A DNA stretch of 64,000 nucleotides from Paraspadella gotoi (taxonomy: Eukaryota > Animalia > Chaetognatha), in the NCBI GenBank assembly GCA_051294375.1, contig CM119265.1, positions 1 through 64,000 on the forward strand. Reading direction: 5' to 3'. The notes beneath the pieces were generated by a model, which saw only the letters and a program-made list of their open reading frames with translations, was not told the DNA's origin and did no database searches. A program made the translations under genes and the position numbers. Position 1 is the stretch's first letter. The number at the start of each line of letters is the position of its first letter. Positions 56,034 through 64,000 of the stretch are shown in pieces.

Positions 56034-57249
56034 GGTTTAGGGTTTAGGCGGTTTTTAAGGGGGTTAGAGGAGTAGTAGTGTTAGGGTGTAGGGTTAGGGT
56101 TAGGGTTAGAGGGTTAGGCGTTTAGGCGTTAGGCGTTAGGGTTAGGGTTAGGGTAGATGAGGGTGTATTGGTTAGGGTTAGGGTTAGGGTAGGGTGTTAG
56201 GGTTAGGGTTAGGGTTTAGGGTTAGAAGGGCGGGACGGGGTTAGGGTTAGGGCTTAGGGTTAGGGTTAGGGTTAGGTTAGGTAGTGATCGGAGTAGCGTT
56301 AGGTAGGTTAGGGCTAGGCCGATTAGGGGTTAGGGTTAGGGTTAGGTTAGGGTTGATAAGGGTTAGGGGGTTAGGGTTAGGTCTAGGGTTAGGGTTAGGG
56401 TTAGGCGTTTAGGGTTTAGGTGTTAGGTTAGGGTTAGGTAGGGTTAGGTTAGGGTTAGGGTTAGGGTTAGGTTAGGCGTTAGGGTTAGCGTGGGTTAGGT
56501 TAGGGTTAGGGTTAGGGTTAGCGGTTAGGGTTAGGGGGTTAGGGTCTTGAGTGTTACGGTTAGGGTTAGGGTTAAGGGTTAGGTTAGGGTTAGGTGTTAG
56601 CGGTTAGGGTTAGCGTAGGCGTTAGGGTTAGGTTAGGTGTTAGGTTAGGTTAGGGTTAGTGGTTAGGCGTTAGGGTTAGGGTTAGGGTTAGGAGTTAGGG
56701 TTAGGGCTTTAGGGTTAGGGTTTAGGGTATAGGCGTTAGGCGTTAGGTTAGGGTAGGGGTTAGGGTTAGGGTTTAGGGTTGGTTAGGTTAGGGTTTAGGG
56801 TTAGGGGGGTTAAGGGTTTAGGTTAGGTTAGGGTTAGGGTTAAGGGTTAGGGGTGTTAGGGTTAGCGGTTAGGTGTTAGGCGTTAGGTTAGGGTTAGGCG
56901 TTAGAGGTTATTCTTAGGCGTTAGGGTTAGGGTTTAGGGGGTTAGGGTTAAGGGTTAGGGTTTAGGGTTAGGGTTAGGCGTTTAGGGTTAGGTTAGGGTT
57001 AGGGTTAGGGTTAGGTTAGGGGTTAGGGTTAAGGCGTTAGGTTAGGGTTAGGGTTAGGGGTTAGGGTTAGGGTTAGGGTTAGGGTTAGGTTAGGGTTAGG
57101 ATAGGGTTAGGGGTTAGGGTTAGGTTTAGGGTTAGGGTTAGGGTTAGGGTTAGGGATTTAGGGTTTAGGGTTTAGGGTTAGGGTTAGGTTAGGGTTAGGG
57201 TTAGGGTTAGGGTTAGGGTTAGGGTTAGGGTTAGGGTTAGGGTTAGGGG

Positions 57250-57281
<32 letters not shown>

Positions 57282-57655
57282 GTAGGTTAGGGTTAGGGTT
57301 AGGTTAGGGTTAGGGTTAGGGTTAGGGTTAGGGTTAGGGGTTAGTTAGGGTTAGGGGTTAGGGTTAGGGTTAGGGTTAGGGTTAGGGGTTAGGTTAGGGT
57401 TAGGCGTTAGGGGTTAGGCGTTAGCGTTTAGGGTTAGGGTTTAGGGTTAGGGTTAAGTGGCTTAGGGTTAGGGCTTTAGGCGTAGTTAGGGTTAGGGCTT
57501 TAGGTTAGGGTTAGGGTTAGTGGTTAAGGGTTAAGGGTTTAGGGTTTAGGGTTAGGTTAGGCGTTAGGGTTAGGGGTAGGGTTAGGGTAGGGTTGGGTTA
57601 GGGTAGTTAGGGTTAGTGGTTAGGTTTAGTGGTTTGTTAGGGTTTAGGGTTAGGG

Positions 57656-57686
<31 letters not shown>

Positions 57687-57894
57687 GGGTTAGGGTTAGG
57701 CGTTAGGGTTAGGGTTAGGGTTAGGGTTAGGTGTTAGGGTTAGGGTTAGGGTTAGTTAGGGGTTAGGTAGGGTTAGGGTTGGGTTAGGGTTAGGGTGGGT
57801 TAGTTAGGTTAATTAGGGTTAGGGTTAGGGTTAGGTTAGGGTTAGGGTTAGGGTTAGGGTTAGGGTTAGGGTTAGGGTTAGGGTTAGGTTAGGT
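56034..57894 (+). repeat. Long (~1.86 kb) (TTAGGG)n tract, noisy
   Basis: direct read. Confidence 0.98.
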
Positions 57895-58815
57895 TGCGGG
57901 GCCACCTGAGACGATTAATTTCGATTAAGAAATAATCATTCCAAAGCAGGATTCGAACCGACGAACTCAGGCCTGGGACGCTGGGACTAAAGCCAGTCAG
58001 CCAACCAGGGGGCCTTGAGTCTGAGATGATTTAATCTATTGAAATAGCTTTAACATCGATTCGAAATCTTTTGTTTTCATTTTGAATCACTAGTTTAATC
58101 ACCAATCACTAGAGGGCTTACCGCCAATTCAAAATGATTTATTCAACTGACTGTTTTTCTTTAAGAATTGATTTGTTTCTGTTTTTCACTCTGGTTTTGA
58201 ACTCAAAATAAAAACGTCGATCTTTCACATTAAAAATACTTGTTTTTATTCTTCTCTTAATGTAATAAGTCTACATTTGCCAAAGAGAAAACGTTTGATG
58301 TTAAAACTCAATCAATTTGATCTCGATTTTACTTTCTTATTTATAATGAATTAATCTTCAAAAATAATTAATTCAACTTTGATTTAAACTCATCGATTCG
58401 ATTTAATCTCATCTCAAATGATTTAATCTCGTTAAATAAATAAACAAATCGAAAACAATCAACTTCGAATAACTGTGACTCGTTTTCCCTGCCCGGTAAC
58501 CACATCTGTACTGAAGTAGATGTCCTCACGCGGTTAGTCACTTGTCACGTCCTTGTCACGCTCCGTGTCACGCTGTGGCGAGACCCCGATGTCGTGCCAC
58601 ACTTGGTGAACCAACGACGGATCAAAGCCAACCTTCAAGAAGGGATCAACTCCACTCGGTCTCCCTCCGAGGTAAGATTGGGCGGCGAAACGGGTATTAG
58701 GCAAATCGCCCAATTGCTAACACCCTTCCCCCTCTCTTTTTCGAATCCCACTGTCAACGGAGTCAACGACACAGCGAAACGATCGAGGACGCTGTAAAAA
58801 CATCACTCGTCATCA

Positions 58816-59892
58816 ATGAGCGATCCGGATCTCCGCTCTCGCCTCCGCTCCGCGCAGCGTAACGTCGAGGAGCAACGCGACCTCTCCTCGAACCTGCAGA
58901 TACCTATAGGTTTTGGACGGGGAGCAAGATCGAGATCGACATCACCAGTTTTCGCCGACGCAGCTCCGACCTTTAGTTTTCAACAAGCGANNNNNNNNNN
59001 CTTCGTCGACGCTGAGATGGCGACGGGCGGAAATAATCTACCCGATCTACAGGACGAAAACGCAGAGCTCCGCGCTGCGCTGGCCGCCGCTACGCGCGCC
59101 CTGGAACGCGCATCTAATAGAAAACCTGATTTGCCAGACTTCGACGCCTCTAATATAGAGATATGGATCAAGAGGGTCGAAGCGGCGTATACAAGGGCCG
59201 GAATAACATCTCCTAAGGCGAAATTTGCACATTTAGAGTCGAAGATTGGAGTAAAGGTCGACCCACGAATTAACCAATTCCTCTATGGCGATCCAACGGA
59301 GGCAGCTTGGTTAAATTTCATCGAATACCTACGTAAAGAGTATGGACTAACTCGACGCCAACAGGCAGCCCATTTGCTCGACTCTATCGACTCGGATGGC
59401 TTAAAACCATCAAAAATACTAGCTCAACTGGAAGAAAAAACCAGAAGTTTGACCTTGGACGACCTACGCAAGGAAAAAATCCTCAGAGAGCTCCCGATCG
59501 AAGTAAGACGCCAGTTGGAGGACAAAGCGGATGACCTGACGGCTTGCCAGCTCTGTGAAATGGCAGATCGCCATTTCGACAACGACGGCAACCTTCGACT
59601 CCGTCAGACATCCAGCANNNNNNNNNNCGTCGACAGAAATCAGCACGACCAATTCGAATCAGATTCTGATGACAACAACGACGTCAACGCGATCGGAGGA
59701 AATTTCAAACGAGGCTTTAACGCTAAGAAAAAACAAGGTCACGCAAAGAAAGAGAAAACCAAGGCCAAGCTGGTTACGCTATGTCAAAAACATGTCAAGT
59801 TCGGGAATGACGCCTGGTCTTGTGAACCAGGATGTTCCCGATACGAGGACAGTCAGAAAAAACGCGAGGGAAACGCCAAAGGGGGACGNNNN
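58816..59892 (+). CDS. gag: Gag of A3; stop codon falls in an N gap
   Basis: CQKHVKFGNDAWSCEPGC; homologous to A1 and A2 Gag. Confidence 0.88.
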
Positions 59893-60765
59893 NNNNNNAC
59901 GCCGTCCCCCTCGCTTCAACACAATCACCGTCGACAAACAATCTGCTCTACATTCGCGACGCCGCTAGCAGAACGAAATGGTTGGTCGACGGCGGGGCGC
60001 TGCTGTCAATCGTCCCGCCAACAAAAGAGCAACGGGAAGCAGGGCCCGATCCAAACATTCGTCTCCAGGCGGCCAACGGGTCGCCAATCGAGTGCTATGG
60101 AACGGTCAACAAAGTGGTGCAACTTGGCAACAGGAAGTTCAACTACGAATTCATCATCGCTAACGTCAGACAGTACATACTGGGAGCGGACTTCCTAGCG
60201 GAGAATTTTTTGGCACCCAATCACCGTGATGGACTATTACTAGATCTGCGTGACTATTCAACAATCGCCGCTTCAACGGCCACAGAAACGTCATCACATG
60301 TGAACTTTGTCGACAGAAAGGGCGAAGCCTACTACAAACTGCTCGATTCATTTCCCTCGCTAGCCACGCCCACCTTCGAAGTGAAAGAGCCTAAGCACGG
60401 AGTGACACACTCAATTCCAACTGAAGGTAGACCCTGCCAGTCCAGAGCACGGCGTCTAGACCCGGAAAAACTGGCCGTCGCTAAGCGTGAGTTAGAGAAG
60501 ATGGTTTCTCTGGGCATTGCGCGTCGAGGTAAATCCGAATGGTCGTCACCCCTCCACGTCGTCTCAAAACCGGATGGGGGGTGGCGCTGTTGCGGAGATT
60601 ACAGGCGCTTGAACTCACAAACAATCGACGACAAGTACCCGGTTAAACTTCTTACAGACTTTAACTCACAACTCGAAGGGAAGACGATTTTTTCGAAAAT
60701 CGATCTTCTGAAAGGCTATCATCAAATACCTATAAATCCTGATGACGTAAAAAAGACGGCGGTTA
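59868..60765 (+). CDS. pol: Pol N-terminal part (PR, start of RT) of A3
   Basis: GGGAAAC at 59868, [24 protein letters not shown]. Confidence 0.9.
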
Positions 60766-60775
60766 NNNNNNNNNN

Positions 60776-63700
60776 AAGCCTTAGATATACTTTTCCTTCA
60801 CTAATAGCCTGGCAAAACCTTTTTAAACTCGAATTCACCTAAAACGACAAAAATCAAAACAAAGCAATCAAACAAACAAGAAGATGAATCCAGCAACCGG
60901 GTGAACAAACTTCAACGGATTAATATCCTCCCTCAGGTAGGCAAGTCGCGAATTTAAAGCTGTGATAGCCTTGCCTATCTCTCACCCTCTCCTTCTCTTC
61001 TCTTTTCCCTCAACCCTCCCGTCTCTCGACGAATGAGTGGACCCGCCGGCGGCACACGTGCGCGCGCGGCGCTTTTTGNNNNNNNNNNCGACGCCTCTCC
61101 ACAACCTCACGACCATTCGAATCAACTCGCNNNNNNNNNNGGCATCGGATTCGGTAGAGGAAGGCGATCTCCCGCTTACATCGCCTCCCAGTCGAATTTT
61201 CAATTCCCGACGACGCCCTCTAACACTGCAGAGATGGCAGCAGCGCCAGCTCCAGACCCACAAACCGAACTCGTCCGCACTCTCGCGTCGACACTTGGCA
61301 GCGTCTCAACAAGGACTCTTTCTATCAAAAACAAAGCCCAGAACTTTGATCCAGAAAATGTCGAAACTCTGATCCAGAGATGAGCCCGCGTTACACTCGC
61401 GCTGGAACCGACGGTCTTCCAAAGGAGAAATTCGCCGCACCATGGAAGACAAGTTCCCCGGTCGACTTCATCCCGCGGTAAAACTGTCTTCTTATTTGGT
61501 CGAGCAACCCGACGCACGCTGGACTTCATTCTTCGAACTATACTAGCGATCAAGAATATGGCCGCACGACCGCGTCACAAGCACAGCGCCTGTAACTCAT
61601 CGACGGAATCGCGACGGAAAAATCGACAGCCATCTTCAACTGCTCGACTCGTGAAAGAGAAAGCAGGAAGTATATGTCGTCGACGACATCATGAAGGAAC
61701 TGCTTCTCAGGGAACTTCCTACTGAAGTTCAACGCAGCTTGGCGGAGCGCGTCGAAACCGTCGACGCCGAGACCGCCGCCAAATTTGCCGATGCATACTT
61801 CGATCGTGACGGCAAACTCCTTCACTCAGCAGCGTCGGCATCAGCGTANNNNNNNNNNNNNNNNNNNNNNNNNNNNNNNNNNNNNNNNNNNNNNNNNNNN
61901 NNNNNNNNNNNNNNNNNNNNNNNNNNNNNNNNNNNNNNNNNNNNNNNNNNNNNNNNNNNNNNNNNNNNNNNNNNNNNNNNNNNNNNNNNNNNNNNNNNNN
62001 NNNNNNNNNNNNNNNNNNNNNNNNNNNNNNNNNNNNNNNNNNNNNNNNNNNNNNNNNNNNNNNNNNNNNNNNNNNNNNNNNNNNNNNNNNNNNNNNNNNN
62101 NNNNNNNNNNNNNNNNNNNNNNNNNNNNNNNNNNNNNNNNNNNNNNNNNNNNNNNNNNNNNNNNNNNNGCCGGCGGGAGGAGGTGAATTCTATCCCGTCC
62201 GGCCATATAATCGATTCAAAAGATTCACTCCTCTTTGTGCACGACGTCGACAATAAGCTCAAGTGGCTCGTCGACGGCGGCGCAACAGTTTCCATCATTC
62301 CCCCAACGAGAGNNNNNNNNNNAAGAGGGGAATCTTCTACTAAACTCAAAGCCGCCAACGGCTCCCATATAGCCTGCTATGNNNNNNNNNNCGTTCAGAT
62401 CCGTCTTGGCAAGAGAAAATTTCCCTTCACGGTAACAATAGCAGATGTCACCCAACCCATCCTCGGATCAGACTTTCTGGCCGAGCATTACTTAGCCCCC
62501 AACCATCGCGATGGTTTTTTATTCGATCTGAACGACTTTAGTACAATTCCAGCCTCAAAGGCCAACAAACAAAATCCTATTCGAATTAACTTTGTTCATC
62601 AGGCAGATGACCCATACTATAAGCTCCTCGATACATATCACGACCTTTGTACACCTTCATTCCAACCGACCGAGCCCAAACATGGAGTCAGACACCATAT
62701 TCCCACAACAGGCCGTCCAGTACAATCTAGAGCACGTCGCCTCGCTCCAGACAAATTAGAAGTCGCCAAGAAGGAACTCGACAAACTTTGTGACCTCGGC
62801 ATCGCTCGCCGCGCCAAAAGTGAGTGGGCGTCGCCTCTACTCGTGGTAAATAAACCCGACGGCGGTTACAGAGTGTGTGGAGATTTCCGCCGCCTGAATA
62901 ATTTCAACTATCGACGACAAATATCCCGTCAAAACTCTTAACGACTTCAACGCGAACCTCTGCGGCAAAAAAGTATTCAGCAAGATCGATTTACTAAAAG
63001 GGTATCATCAGATACCAGTCGCAGAGGAAGACGTTGCAAAAACCGGCGTCATAACACCATTTGGCCTTTACGTCTTTCCCCGCACGCCTTTTGGCTTAAA
63101 AAACGCGGGGCAAGACTTTCAGCGCCTTATGGACGAGATACTGGATGGTCTTCCCTTCGTCTTTGTTTATATCGACGACATCTTAGTCGCCTCCGAGAAT
63201 CACGCTGAGCATGAACAACATCTCCGCCAAGTATTCGACACTCTCCATTCGAACGGCCTCGTCGTCAACCGACAGAAATGCGTTCTAGGAAAGCCAGAGC
63301 TCGAATTTCTCGGATATAAAATCGACGCCAACGGCATCTCACCACTACCGGATAGAGTAGCCGCTATCAACAAAACGACGCCGCCTACGACGATCAAGGA
63401 ACTTCAGAGGTTCCTTGGACTCGTCAACTACTATCGACGCTTCATCTCGCGATCTGCACATCACCTCTACCCTTTATTCGAGGCACTCAAATCGAAAGAA
63501 AGACCACGCGTGCTTAGGTGGACGGAAGATTGTCAAAAATCTTTCGAATCGATCAAAAACGCCTTATCACACGCCACAATGCTCTCTCATCCTCGCCCTG
63601 GCGCCTCCCTAGCGATTACATCCGACGCATCAAACTCCGCTATCGGAGCGGTGCTGGAGCGAGGCCCGTCGTGGCTGGGACCTTAGCTTTCTTTTCAGCT

Positions 63701-64000
63701 AAGTTACAAAAAAATCACAACAGCTTTGGCCTCCCTTCGACAGGGAACTGCTCGCCGCCTGGCGGGCGATTCGACACTTCAGGACGATGGTCGAGGGACG
63801 CCATTTCACTTTATATACAGATCACAAATCCCTCATCCCCGCTCTCGCCAAGAAATCGGAGCCACACACGGCGAGACAAACATACCAACTAGCGGGGATA
63901 GCGGAATACACCACTGACATACAATATTTAGCAGGCAAGGCAAACGTCGTCGCCGACTCCCTCTCACGCCCAAATGTCGAGAGAGAGCCGGAAATAAATC
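60776..64000 (+). mobile_element. Third, more divergent Gypsy lineage (C): leader, disrupted gag (~61033-61848), gap, pol PR-RT-RH with frameshifts; runs off the window
   Basis: GFGRGRRSP and LLRELPTEVQRSL Gag motifs; WLVDGGAT; YIDD; KANVVADSLSR. Confidence 0.88.

Larger units (their letters stand above)
57895..60765 (+). mobile_element. 5' half of lineage A family A3 (LTR 57895-58601, PBS, gag, PR, start of RT)
   Basis: LTR near-identical to 46182-46881; preceded by telomere repeats. Confidence 0.93.

Noticed and set aside
6322-57894. Repeat/unique alternation resembling a CRISPR-like array
   Set aside because: The repeats are telomeric hexamers and the 'spacers' are 6-7 kb retrotransposons; there are no cas genes
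56034-57894. Variant telomere repeats such as TTAGGCG, TTAGG and TTTAGGG
   Set aside because: They are irregular and lie in low-quality sequence; indistinguishable from insertion and deletion errors
58573-58601. Second PBS-like sequence TGGCGAGACCCCGATGT inside the A3 U5 end
   Set aside because: It forms part of a terminal TGTGGC..GCCACA hairpin, and the loop is not conserved in A1 or A2

Overview
This is eukaryotic sequence with no host genes. The window is a chain of about 12 Ty3/Gypsy LTR retrotransposon copies (CsRN1-like: C-x2-H-x9-C-x3-C Gag knuckle, tRNA-Trp-like primer site, PR-RT-RH-IN order, no env or chromodomain) separated by (TTAGGG)n telomeric tracts, all G-rich on the + strand. 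Clean junctions read ...TTAGGGT|TG-LTR...LTR-CA|GGGTTAGGG..., meaning insertion at one fixed phase of the telomere repeat with an inferred 4-bp GGGT target-site duplication. Two divergent lineages take opposite orientations: lineage A (LTR TGCGGC..GCCACA) is always +, lineage B (LTR TGTAGA..TCTACA/TCCCACA as read on +) is always -. Both carry outward-facing tRNA-like A/B-box modules at the U3 end, a bipartite tRNA-Trp PBS, a GGGAAAC -1 frameshift signal, a non-canonical DGG protease motif and a shared integrase C-terminal peptide. The candidate novel system is a telomere-repeat-specific LTR retrotransposon group. Caveat: parts of the assembly are raw long-read quality (adapter remnants, N gaps, redundant copies), so copy number and order are uncertain. 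Coordinates were counted by eye.
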